A DNA stretch of 32,000 nt, from contig NZ_JAXHCI010000002.1 in the NCBI RefSeq assembly GCF_042466455.1, positions 1,470,834-1,502,833 on the forward strand, read 5' to 3'. Positions within the stretch are counted from its first letter, which is position 1; each line of letters starts with the position of its first letter. Source of the DNA: Loktanella sp. R86503 (lineage in GTDB: Bacteria > Pseudomonadota > Alphaproteobacteria > Rhodobacterales > Rhodobacteraceae). Positions 1 through 8,514 of this stretch are shown piece after piece. The position numbers and the translations under genes were made by a program. Under the pieces are notes generated by a model, which was not told the origin of the DNA, did no database searches, and saw nothing but the letters and a program-made list of their open reading frames with translations.

Positions 1-9
1 ACAAGTAAC

Positions 10-726
10 CTAAAGGCTGCGGGGTCTGCGCGGGGCCTGCATGGCCATCACGCAGATCAGGATGACAATGCCTGTGATGGCCAGCGCGGTGACGACAAAG
101 GTCGTCATCCCGTTGGCCACACAAATCCCGACCAGCGCCCAGATGACCGCCGCAATATAGCTGGATGAATCGACCCGGCGATAGGTTGCAATCGTCACGC
201 CAAGCGCCGCGATGATGCCGGCAATGGCCCAGCCGAAACTGTCAAAGCCGATGTTGTATCCCGCCAGCGTGGTCGCCAGCGACACAAAACTGGCCGCCGT
301 CAGCCATCCGGCATAAAGCCCCACCGGCCCGCGCAGCCACCACCGGTCCAGCGGCGGCGTGCGGATCAGGGCGGCAATCGCGGCGCTCGCCATGATGAAA
401 ATCGTGATCGTCGCCCAGATCACGCTGACCTGCGCGATCAGCAGCCATGGCACGCCCACCGCAAGGCTGATGCACAGCGGCAACCGGGCCGCGTCCCAGT
501 CCGCGTCGTCCTTGCGATACATCACGCCATAAATCGACGAGGCGATCAGCCAAAGGTAAATCGGCCCCCAGATCGCAAAGGCATAGCCCGCCGGTTGGAC
601 CGGCGGGTTGATCTGCGGATTGGGCAGCATGTCCGATGCAAAACCTGCAAAGTCGCCCGAAAAAAACGGGGCGACCGCGAAGGCAAGGCTCAGGGCGAGC
701 GTGAGATAAGCGAGACTATGTTTCAT
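10..726 (-). CDS. TspO/MBR-like (tryptophan-rich sensory protein-like) integral membrane protein
   Basis: 238-aa ORF, multi-TM, with motif PAGYAFAIWGPIYLWLIASSIYG typical of this membrane family. Confidence 0.55.
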   Translation of the reverse strand: MKHSLAYLTLALSLAFAVAPFFSGDFAGFASDMLPNPQINPPVQPAGYAFAIWGPIYLWLIASSIYGVMYRKDDADWDAARLPLCISLAVGVPWLLIAQVSVIWATITIFIMASAAIAALIRTPPLDRWWLRGPVGLYAGWLTAASFVSLATTLAGYNIGFDSFGWAIAGIIAALGVTIATYRRVDSSSYIAAVIWALVGICVANGMTTFVVTALAITGIVILICVMAMQAPRRPRSL

Positions 727-768
727 ATGCAGCCAACGCCGCCCGCGCCCTTATTGTTCAGCGCTACG

Positions 769-2061
769 TTAGATTAAATCGCCTGTTGCCGAAATCGTGT
801 TTTTGCCACCCAGATAGGGGTGCAATGCAGCGGGCAAAACAACCGACCCGTCAGCCTGCTGACCGTTTTCCAGCACTGCGATCAATGTGCGTCCCACAGC
901 AAGGCCAGAGCCGTTCAGCGTATGCACAAATTCCGGCTTTCCGCCGTCCGCAGGCTTGAACCGCGCATTCATGCGCCGCGCCTGATAATCACCGCAGGTC
1001 GAGATAGAGGAGATTTCGCGGTAGGTATCCTGACCGGGCAGCCACACTTCCAGATCATAGGTGCGGCGCGCACCCGCGCCCATGTCCCCTGCGCAAAGCA
1101 GCATGGTGCGGTAAGGCAGGTCCAGCTTTTCCAAAATCGCCTCTGCGCATTTTGTCATGCGGGTGTGTTCGGCGTCGCTGTCATCGGGGTGGGTAATGCT
1201 GACCATTTCGACTTTTTCGAACTGGTGTTGGCGCAGCATACCGCTGGTGTCGCGGCCTGCGCTGCCTGCTTCGGAGCGAAAGCAAAGCGTATGCGCGACA
1301 TGGCGGCGGGGCAGGGTGGCGGCGTCGACGGTGTCGCCATTCACAAGGTTGGTCAGCGTTACCTCTGCCGTGGGGATCAGCCACCAGCCGTTGGTGGTCT
1401 GATAGCTGTCCTCGCCGAACTTGGGCAGCTGGCCGGTGCCATAAAGCATTTCTTCGCGCACGATGACGGGCGTGTTTGTTTCGGTCAGGGCGTGTTCATC
1501 GACATGGGTGTCGATCATGAACTGGGCCAGCGCCCGGTGAACGCGGGCCACAGCGCCGCGCAGCACGACAAAGCGCGAGCCGGACAGTTTTGCACCAGCG
1601 GCAAAATCCATGCCAGCCTGCACGGCAGGGATGTCGAAATGTTCCAGGGGCTTGAAATCGAATGTGCGCGGTGTGCCGGTGCGCTTTTGCTCGACGTTGT
1701 CCGCCTCGTCCTTGCCGGGGGGCACATCGGCGTAGGGCAGGTTAGGGAGGGCGATCAGCATATCCGCCAGCTGGGCATCCAGCTCTTTTGCACGCTCGTT
1801 CAAGGCGGCGATTTCCGCTTTCTTGTCGGCCATCAGGGTGCGCAGGCGGGCGAATTCGGCCTCGTCGCCGCTGGCCTTGGCCTTGCCCACGTCCTTGGCG
1901 GCGGCGTTGGCGGCGGCCTGCGCATCCTCTGACTGTTTGATCGCGGCGCGGCGGTCGGCATCAAGGGCCAGCAATTCGCCGGACACCGGTGTAAGGCCGC
2001 GCAAGGAAAGGGCGGCGTCAAACGCGTCTGGAGTCTCGCGGATCATGCGAATGTCATGCAT
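769..2061 (-). CDS. serS: Serine--tRNA ligase
   Basis: Protein starts [15 protein letters not shown] (trimmed start at 2061, not the ORF-track start at 2250); class II aaRS motifs, [48 protein letters not shown]. Confidence 0.97.
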   Translation of the reverse strand: MHDIRMIRETPDAFDAALSLRGLTPVSGELLALDADRRAAIKQSEDAQAAANAAAKDVGKAKASGDEAEFARLRTLMADKKAEIAALNERAKELDAQLADMLIALPNLPYADVPPGKDEADNVEQKRTGTPRTFDFKPLEHFDIPAVQAGMDFAAGAKLSGSRFVVLRGAVARVHRALAQFMIDTHVDEHALTETNTPVIVREEMLYGTGQLPKFGEDSYQTTNGWWLIPTAEVTLTNLVNGDTVDAATLPRRHVAHTLCFRSEAGSAGRDTSGMLRQHQFEKVEMVSITHPDDSDAEHTRMTKCAEAILEKLDLPYRTMLLCAGDMGAGARRTYDLEVWLPGQDTYREISSISTCGDYQARRMNARFKPADGGKPEFVHTLNGSGLAVGRTLIAVLENGQQADGSVVLPAALHPYLGGKNTISATGDLI

Positions 2062-2328
2062 GGGTCTGGTCCTTGTTTCCGATATGATTAGCGCGGGTAT
2101 GCACCATTGGCGCACCGCGTTGAAGGGGAGAAAGCCGCGCGCGCCTGCGCGATTGTGATGGCACGGGGCGGACATTCGCGCCGCCCGCCATTGACGGCTG
2201 GCCCGATCACCCCGATATCGCGGCAATCGTGCACGGGTTGCGGTTGCCAATCCGGCGCCCCAGACCTAATGTGCGCCGACTTTGACGCGGGGCCAGTGCC
2301 CGGCGCAGTGAACTGAAAAGGAACCGCC

Positions 2329-2610
2329 ATGCAGGGCAGCCAATCGCTTATTTTGATGATGATCATCTTCGGGATCATGTATTTCCTGTTGATCCGTCCC
2401 CAGCAGAAAAAGCTGAAAGAACATCAGGCGATGGTGAACGCGCTGCGCCGGGGCGACCGCGTCATCACGCAGGGCGGGATCATGGGCAAAGTCACCGCCG
2501 TGAACGACGCCGACAAGGAAGTCGAAGTCGAAATCGCAGCCGGCGTGAAAGTCCGCGTGATCCGCTCGACCATCGCGACTGTCCTGAACAAGACCGAACC
2601 GGCGAAGTAA
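2329..2610 (+). CDS. yajC: Preprotein translocase subunit YajC
   Basis: 93 aa, one TM plus FLLIRPQQKKLKEHQAMVNALRRGDRVITQGGIMGKV; immediately upstream of secD. Confidence 0.97.
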   Translation: MQGSQSLILMMIIFGIMYFLLIRPQQKKLKEHQAMVNALRRGDRVITQGGIMGKVTAVNDADKEVEVEIAAGVKVRVIRSTIATVLNKTEPAK

Positions 2611-2644
2611 GCCGCGACACCTTTGGTCCAAGGGGCTTTGCTAC

Positions 2645-4276
2645 ATGCTGCATATTTCTGCTTATAAGCAGGTCATGATCTGGCTGACCGTCGTGGTTGG
2701 TCTGGCGCTGGCCCTGCCGAACGCTTTCTATTCGCGGGTTGAAACCCACAACGACGCCATTGCGCAGGGGCAGGACGATACGTCCTGGCCCGGCTTTTTG
2801 CCGTCGGGGCTGGTGAACCTTGGGCTTGACCTGCGCGGCGGTGCGCATCTGCTGGCCGAGGTGCAGACCGCTGACGTCTATGCCACGATCATGGATGCCA
2901 CCTGGCCAGAGGTGCGCGATGCGCTGGCGGCTGACCGGGATACGGTCGGTTTCGTCACCCGCGAAGCCAGCCGTCCGGACGAGCTGATTGTGCGGATTTC
3001 CGAACCCGCAGGGGCGGCGCGTGCGCTGGAAATCGTACGCGGGCTGGCCCGTCCGATCACATCGCTGACCGGTGTCGGGTCCACGGATATCGAAGTGACC
3101 GGCAACGGGCCGCTTTTGACCGTGCGTCTGTCAGAGGCGGAAAAGCTGGCGGTCGATGACCGCACCATGCAGCAATCGCTGGAAATCATTCGCCGCCGGA
3201 TCGACGAGGTCGGCACCCGCGAGCCGACGATCCAGTTGCAGGGCGACACCCGTATTCTGGTCGAAGTGCCCGGCGTCGGGTCCGCGCAGGAAGTCAAAGA
3301 CATCATCGGCACCACCGCGCAGCTGACCTTTCAGCCTGTGATCGGCGGTGCCGGCAGTGCCAGTGATCCGGTTGGCGCAGGTCAGGAAATCCTGCCCAGC
3401 GTGGATGCACCCGGCACCTTTTATCTGCTGGATACCGGCCCTGTTGTCAGTGGCGAGGAGCTGGTCGATGCACAGCCTGCCTTTGACCAGAACGGGCGGC
3501 CGGCCGTGAACTTCCGCTTCAACGTGTCTGGCGCGCGCAAGTTCGGCGATTACACGCTGGACCACATTGGCGAACCTTTTGCCATCGTGCTGGATAACGA
3601 AGTCATCAGCGCGCCGACGATCCAAAGCCATATTCCCGGCGGCTCTGGCATCATCACCGGCAATTTCACGGTCGAAGAATCGACCAACCTTGCCGTGCTG
3701 CTGCGGGCAGGGGCCTTGCCCGCAAAGCTGAACTTTCTGGAAGAGCGGACCATCGGCCCGCAGCTCGGGCAGGATTCGATCGATGCGGGCAAAAAGGCCG
3801 CGGTTGTCGGATCGCTTTTGGTGATTGGCTTTATGTGGATGACCTACGGGCTGTTCGGCTTTTTTGCCAACATCGCGCTGATTATCAACATGGGCCTGAT
3901 TTTTGGCGGGCTGTCGTTGCTGGGGGCCACGCTGACCCTGCCGGGTATCGCGGGTATCGTGCTGACTGTTGGCATGGCGGTTGACGCCAACGTGCTGGTG
4001 TTCGAACGCATCCGGGAAGAGCTGAAAACCTCTAGGGGGCCGGCCCGCGCAATCGAACTGGGGTATGAGCGTGCCTTGTCAGCCATCGTCGACGGAAACG
4101 TCACAACCCTGATCACGGCTTTTATCCTGTTCTATCTTGGCTCCGGTCCGGTGCGCGGTTTCGCCATCACACTGGGTTTGGGTATTCTCACCTCGATCTT
4201 TACCGCGATCTTTGTCACGCGGTCGCTGATCGTCATCTGGTTCGCCTGGCGGCGGCCGAAAACAATCGAGGTTTAA
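2645..4276 (+). CDS. secD: Protein translocase subunit SecD
   Basis: LGLDLRGGAHLLAEV, VDANVLVFERIREE, GRPAVNFRFN; 543 aa. Confidence 0.97.
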   Translation: MLHISAYKQVMIWLTVVVGLALALPNAFYSRVETHNDAIAQGQDDTSWPGFLPSGLVNLGLDLRGGAHLLAEVQTADVYATIMDATWPEVRDALAADRDTVGFVTREASRPDELIVRISEPAGAARALEIVRGLARPITSLTGVGSTDIEVTGNGPLLTVRLSEAEKLAVDDRTMQQSLEIIRRRIDEVGTREPTIQLQGDTRILVEVPGVGSAQEVKDIIGTTAQLTFQPVIGGAGSASDPVGAGQEILPSVDAPGTFYLLDTGPVVSGEELVDAQPAFDQNGRPAVNFRFNVSGARKFGDYTLDHIGEPFAIVLDNEVISAPTIQSHIPGGSGIITGNFTVEESTNLAVLLRAGALPAKLNFLEERTIGPQLGQDSIDAGKKAAVVGSLLVIGFMWMTYGLFGFFANIALIINMGLIFGGLSLLGATLTLPGIAGIVLTVGMAVDANVLVFERIREELKTSRGPARAIELGYERALSAIVDGNVTTLITAFILFYLGSGPVRGFAITLGLGILTSIFTAIFVTRSLIVIWFAWRRPKTIEV

Positions 4277-4280
4277 GATC

Positions 4281-5252
4281 ATGCGTTTGCGTTTGATTCC
4301 CGACGATACCAAGATCAACTTTTTCAGCTACGCCAAGCTGACCTTTGGCGGATCAATTGTGCTGCTTGTTCTGTCGGTCGTCGCCTTCTTTGCGTTCGGC
4401 CTGAACTACGGCATCGATTTCAAGGGCGGCACCACTATCCGCACCGAAAGCACGCAAAGCATTGATGTCGGTGCCTACCGCGCCGCGCTGGAACCTTTGC
4501 AGCTGGGTGATGTCGCCATCACCGAAGTGTTCGATCCCGGCTTTGGCCCCGACCGCAACGTGGCCGAAGTGCGTATTCAGGCGCAAGGCGATGCAGAAAG
4601 CGTCGCGCCCGAAACCATCGCCGCAATGGAAGCCGCAATGACGGCGGTTGATCCAAACGTCACCTTCGCCTCTGTCGAAAGCGTGGGACCCAAAGTGTCA
4701 GGAGAGTTGATCGGCTCTGCCATCCTGTCCGTTGTCGGTGCCATCGGAGCGATCGTGGTCTACATCTGGTTGCGCTTTGAATGGCAGTTTGCCATCGGTG
4801 CCATCGTCGCGCTGGTGCATGACGTCGGCCTGACCATCGGCTTGTTCGCGCTGCTGCAAATTAAGTTCGATCTGGCGATCATCGCGGCCCTGCTGACAAT
4901 CGTAGGTTATTCCATCAACGATACCGTGGTCGTGTTTGACCGGGTTCGGGAAAACCTGCGCAAGTTCAAGGTCATGCCTTTGATCGAGGTGCTGAACCTG
5001 TCCGCCAATGAAACCCTGTCACGGACCATGATGACATCGGGCACGACCCTGCTGGCGCTGATCGCGCTGCTGGTGCTGGGCGGCGATGTGATCCGGGGCT
5101 TTGTGTTCGCCATCACTTGGGGCATTATTGTCGGCACCTATTCGTCGATCTACATTGCGAAAAACATCGTGCTGATGCTGGGCGTCAAACGCGACTGGTC
5201 CAAAAAGGACCCGCGCACCGTGGGCCGTTATGCTGACGTGGAAGGCAAATAA
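4281..5252 (+). CDS. secF: Protein translocase subunit SecF
   Basis: YGIDFKGGTTI, GYSINDTVVVFDRVRENLR; directly follows secD. Confidence 0.97.
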   Translation: MRLRLIPDDTKINFFSYAKLTFGGSIVLLVLSVVAFFAFGLNYGIDFKGGTTIRTESTQSIDVGAYRAALEPLQLGDVAITEVFDPGFGPDRNVAEVRIQAQGDAESVAPETIAAMEAAMTAVDPNVTFASVESVGPKVSGELIGSAILSVVGAIGAIVVYIWLRFEWQFAIGAIVALVHDVGLTIGLFALLQIKFDLAIIAALLTIVGYSINDTVVVFDRVRENLRKFKVMPLIEVLNLSANETLSRTMMTSGTTLLALIALLVLGGDVIRGFVFAITWGIIVGTYSSIYIAKNIVLMLGVKRDWSKKDPRTVGRYADVEGK

Positions 5253-5606
5253 ATGCGTCTGACCGAGATCACTTACGACAATGCGAAACCCATCGACGGC
5301 TACGGCCCCGGTTTCTTTCGCATTGGCGGCAAGGTGATCGAGGGGGCCGTGACCGTCATGCCGTCAGGCGTGGCCAGCTGGGGTGGCTATGACGACACTG
5401 AAGCCTTGCTGGCCATGGTAGACAAGGTGGATGTAATCTTTGTTGGTACGGGGGCGGAAATCGCCCACACCCCAGCCGCCTTTCGCGAGATACTAGAGGC
5501 GGCGGGCCTTGGCGTGGAAACCATGGCCTCCCCCGCCGCCTGCCGCACCTACAACGTGTTGCTCAGCGAAGGCCGCCGCGTCGCGCTGGCACTGTTCCCG
5601 GTCTGA
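5253..5606 (+). CDS. Mth938-like domain-containing protein (DUF498 family)
   Basis: 117 aa, [22 protein letters not shown]...[11 protein letters not shown]...[27 protein letters not shown]; starts immediately after the secF stop. Confidence 0.85.
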   Translation: MRLTEITYDNAKPIDGYGPGFFRIGGKVIEGAVTVMPSGVASWGGYDDTEALLAMVDKVDVIFVGTGAEIAHTPAAFREILEAAGLGVETMASPAACRTYNVLLSEGRRVALALFPV

Positions 5607-5611
5607 CCGCC

Positions 5612-6226
5612 ATGTTGCAAGTCCGCGCCCTGCGCTGCGCGCGCGGCGGTGTGCCGGTGCTGGACGGTCTGTCCTTTGACGTTAAGGCGGGCGAGGCGCT
5701 GATCCTGCGCGGACCGAACGGCGTTGGTAAAACGACCTTGCTGCGCACGCTTGCGGGGCTGCAGCCCGCGCTGGATGGGACTGTCACCTATCTGGACGGC
5801 ACAGGTGCCTATGCCAGCCATGCCGACGGGATCAAGACGGCGCTGACTGTCGCTGAAAACCTGACTTTCTGGGCGCACGTCTATGGCCGCGATGTGCCGG
5901 ACAGCGTCTATGCCGCCTTTGATCTGGATGCGCTGCGCAACCGCGCTGCTGGCACGTTGTCGGCGGGGCAAAAGCGGCGACTTGGCCTTGCGCGTCTGGG
6001 CGTCATCGGGCGGCGTGTGTTGTTTCTGGACGAACCGACGGTCAGCCTCGACGGCTTTTCCGTGCGCATGTTCGCGGACTGGATGCGCGATGTGCATCTG
6101 GCGGGCGGCGGCTGCGCGGTCATTGCAACTCATATCGACCTTGGCCTTGATGCGCCCGCGCTGGACCTGACGCCCTATCTGGCACAGCCTGATGCGGATG
6201 GCGGCGCGGACGAGGCGTTTTTGTGA
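5612..6226 (+). CDS. ccmA: Heme ABC exporter ATP-binding protein CcmA
   Basis: Walker [17 protein letters not shown], signature [14 protein letters not shown], Walker [13 protein letters not shown]; followed by ccmB, ccmC. Confidence 0.95.
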   Translation: MLQVRALRCARGGVPVLDGLSFDVKAGEALILRGPNGVGKTTLLRTLAGLQPALDGTVTYLDGTGAYASHADGIKTALTVAENLTFWAHVYGRDVPDSVYAAFDLDALRNRAAGTLSAGQKRRLGLARLGVIGRRVLFLDEPTVSLDGFSVRMFADWMRDVHLAGGGCAVIATHIDLGLDAPALDLTPYLAQPDADGGADEAFL

Positions 6227-6879
6227 TTGCCCTGCTGCGCCGCGATCTGGCACTGGCTGTGCGGGCCGGCGGCGGCTTTGGCCTTGGCCTTGCGTTTTTC
6301 CTGATTGTCGTCGTGCTGGTGCCCTTTGGCGTCGGCCCGGACCGCAGCACCCTGGCCCTGATCGCACCCGGCATCCTTTGGGTCGCGGCGCTGCTGGCAG
6401 CGCTGCTGTCACTGGACCGGATATTCGCACTTGATTTTGAAGACGGCTCGCTGGCGCTGCTGGCCACCGCACCGCTGCCGCTGGAAGGTATCGCGCTGAT
6501 CAAGGCATTGGCGCACTGGATCACCTCTGGCCTGCCGCTGACGCTGGTCGCCCCGGCGCTGGGATTTTTCCTGAACATGGACAGCGCCGCCTATGGCTAT
6601 CTGCTGGTCAGCCTTGCCCTTGGCACGCCCGCGCTGTCGATGATCGGCAGCTTTGGCGCGGCTTTGACGGTGGGCCTGCGGCGGGGCGGGCTGTTGCTGT
6701 CATTGCTGGTGCTGCCGCTTTATGTGCCGACGTTGATCTTCGGGGCAGAGGCCGTGCGCCGCGGCGTCGATGGAACCGGCGCTGCCGCACCTTTGATGCT
6801 GATGGGGGCGATCACGCTGGGCTGCTTTGCCCTGCTGCCCTTCGCCGCTGCGGCAGTATTGCGCATCAACCTGCGGTGA
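6223..6879 (+). CDS. ccmB: Heme exporter protein CcmB
   Basis: GTG start overlapping the ccmA stop by 4 bp; [51 protein letters not shown]. Confidence 0.95.
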   Translation: MIALLRRDLALAVRAGGGFGLGLAFFLIVVVLVPFGVGPDRSTLALIAPGILWVAALLAALLSLDRIFALDFEDGSLALLATAPLPLEGIALIKALAHWITSGLPLTLVAPALGFFLNMDSAAYGYLLVSLALGTPALSMIGSFGAALTVGLRRGGLLLSLLVLPLYVPTLIFGAEAVRRGVDGTGAAAPLMLMGAITLGCFALLPFAAAAVLRINLR

Positions 6880-6921
6880 TCGGGGATTGAGGGGCGCAGG
6901 GCCCCGGGATAGGGATAACAC

Positions 6922-7650
6922 ATGTCGATCTGGGAATACGCCAATCCGAAACGGTTCATGGACTGGACCGCGCCCGTCATGCGCGTGGCCTTTGCCGTGG
7001 CAGCAGCCTGTCTGGTCGTCGGCCTGATCTGGGGCTTCTTTTTCACCCCGGACGAAGCGCGTCAGGGCGCGACGGTCAAGATCATCTATCTGCACGTGCC
7101 AAGCGCGTTGATGGCCATCAATGCGTGGTTCATGATGCTTGTAACATCGCTGGTCTGGCTGGTACGCCGGCACCACGTCAGCGCATTGGCCGCCCGCGCC
7201 GCTGCGCCCATCGGCATGGCCATGACCGTGATCGCGCTGATCACCGGTGCAATCTGGGGCAGCCCCATGTGGGGGACCTATTGGGCGTGGGATCCGCGCC
7301 TGACCTCCTTTTTGATCCTGTTCTTGTTCTATCTTGGTTACATCGCGCTTTGGGCCGCGATCGAAGATCCGGATACGGCGGCCGATCTGACTTCGGTGCT
7401 TTGCCTCGTCGGGTCGGTCTTTGCGATCTTGTCGCGCTATGCGGTCAATTTTTGGAACCAGGGCCTTCATCAGGGCGCGTCACTGTCGCTTGATAAAGAA
7501 GAGAACGTCGCCGACGTATTTTACCTGCCTTTGCTGGTCTGCATCGCAGGCTTTGTCGCGCTGTTTGTCGCTCTTGTCCTGCTGCGTACTCGCACTGAAA
7601 TCCGCGCCCGTCGGACAGCCGCCCTCATCGCAAGGAGCCAACGTGCCTGA
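6922..7650 (+). CDS. ccmC: Heme ABC transporter permease CcmC
   Basis: IIYLHVPSALMA...GAIWGSPMWGTYWAWDPRLTS tryptophan-rich heme-handling motif. Confidence 0.96.
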   Translation: MSIWEYANPKRFMDWTAPVMRVAFAVAAACLVVGLIWGFFFTPDEARQGATVKIIYLHVPSALMAINAWFMMLVTSLVWLVRRHHVSALAARAAAPIGMAMTVIALITGAIWGSPMWGTYWAWDPRLTSFLILFLFYLGYIALWAAIEDPDTAADLTSVLCLVGSVFAILSRYAVNFWNQGLHQGASLSLDKEENVADVFYLPLLVCIAGFVALFVALVLLRTRTEIRARRTAALIARSQRA

Positions 7651-7783
7651 TCTTGGAAAATACGCCCTCGAAGTGCTGACCGCTTATGCCGCCAGCATCG
7701 CCGTGCTTGCCGTACTGATCTTGGCAAGCCTGCGCCGGTCCCGCCGCGTCAAGGCCGCACTGGAGGCTGTTGAACGTGGCTAA
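7643..7783 (+). CDS. ccmD: Heme exporter protein CcmD
   Basis: GTG start at 7643, 46 aa VPDLGKYALEVLTAYAASIAVLAVLILASLRRSRRVKAALEAVERG; single TM, between ccmC and ccmG, overlapping both. Confidence 0.85.
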   Translation: MPDLGKYALEVLTAYAASIAVLAVLILASLRRSRRVKAALEAVERG

Positions 7784-8315
7784 AGTTTCACCTCTGCTTG
7801 TCGTCCCGCCGGTCATTTTTGCCGCGCTTGCCGGATTGTTCTGGGGCGGGCTGATGCGTGAAAACGCCGGCGAACTGCCGTCGCAATTCATCGGTCAGCC
7901 TGCGCCGAACCTGCCGGACGAAGCGGTCGCAGGCACACCCCTGCTGACCGCCGACGATCTGCAGACCGGCGAGATCACGATCGTCAATTTCTGGGCCAGC
8001 TGGTGTCCGCCTTGCCGCGCCGAGCATCCGACATTGCAAGCGCTGTCCGATCAGGGATACCGCGTCGCAGGCGTCAATTTCCGCGATCAGGCAGATGATG
8101 CCGCCGGCTATCTGGCAGAGGAAGGCAACCCGTTCTTCGCGACAGGCTTCGACCTGCGCGGCCGCGTTGCCATCGACTGGGGCGTGACCGCGCCGCCGGA
8201 AACCTTCATCGTCGGTCCCGATGGTACGGTGCTTAGCCGCTTTATCGGGCCGCTCGTCGGCTCCGATTATGAACAGCGATTTCTTCCGATGCTTGAAGCC
8301 GCAACCACCAATTAG
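7770..8315 (+). CDS. ccmG: Thiol:disulfide interchange protein CcmG/DsbE
   Basis: Thioredoxin fold with FWASWCPPCRAEHPTLQAL, GVTAPPETFIVGPDG; TTG (7770) or GTG (7776) start. Confidence 0.93.
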   Translation: MNVAKVSPLLVVPPVIFAALAGLFWGGLMRENAGELPSQFIGQPAPNLPDEAVAGTPLLTADDLQTGEITIVNFWASWCPPCRAEHPTLQALSDQGYRVAGVNFRDQADDAAGYLAEEGNPFFATGFDLRGRVAIDWGVTAPPETFIVGPDGTVLSRFIGPLVGSDYEQRFLPMLEAATTN

Positions 8316-8324
8316 CGGCGTCCC

Positions 8325-8455
8325 CTTCTTCTGGTCAAAAATATCCCGGGGTGCGGGGCAGCGCCCCGCCAGCCGAATTTTCGACGAAAATTCGGCATTT
8401 GCCATTGCGTCGCAATGGCAAGGCCTCCGGCGGGGATATTTTTAACCAGAAGAAG
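8325..8455. repeat. REP/BIME-like extragenic palindromic element with three internal hairpins
   Basis: 24-nt outer arms CTTCTTCTGGTCAAAAATATCCCG (8325-8348) / GGGGATATTTTTAACCAGAAGAAG (8432-8455); inner perfect inverted repeats GCGGGGC/GCCCCGC (8353-8369), CCGAATTTTCG/CGAAAATTCGG (8373-8395), GCCATTGCG/CGCAATGGC (8401-8419). Confidence 0.85.
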
Positions 8456-8467
8456 ACTGGACATGAA

Positions 8468-8495
8468 AAAGGCCGCGCTGAGAGGCGCGGCCTTT
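8468..8495 (-). terminator. Rho-independent terminator of acnA
   Basis: GGCCGCGC/GCGCGGCC stem followed on the minus strand by a T run (CCTTTTTC). Confidence 0.75.
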
Positions 8496-8514
8496 GGTCG
8501 TTTAAATTGGTGCC

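Noticed and set aside
820-1932. 370-aa plus-strand ORF opposite serS
   Set aside because: Antisense shadow of serS, with no recognisable domain.
2062-2328. Short ORFs (2088..2378, 2107..2316) in the serS-yajC gap
   Set aside because: Overlapping frames on both strands with no family resemblance; more likely the divergent promoter region of serS and yajC.
5549-6472. 307-aa minus-strand ORF across ccmA/ccmB
   Set aside because: Arg/Pro/Gln/Ala-rich antisense composition overlapping well-supported ccm genes.
6700-7470. 256-aa minus-strand ORF across ccmB/ccmC
   Set aside because: Antisense frame of membrane-protein genes; no motif support.
8353-8419. Possible CRISPR-like short palindromic repeats
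   Set aside because: The three palindromes differ in sequence and there is no repeat-spacer periodicity; it is better explained as one composite palindromic element.
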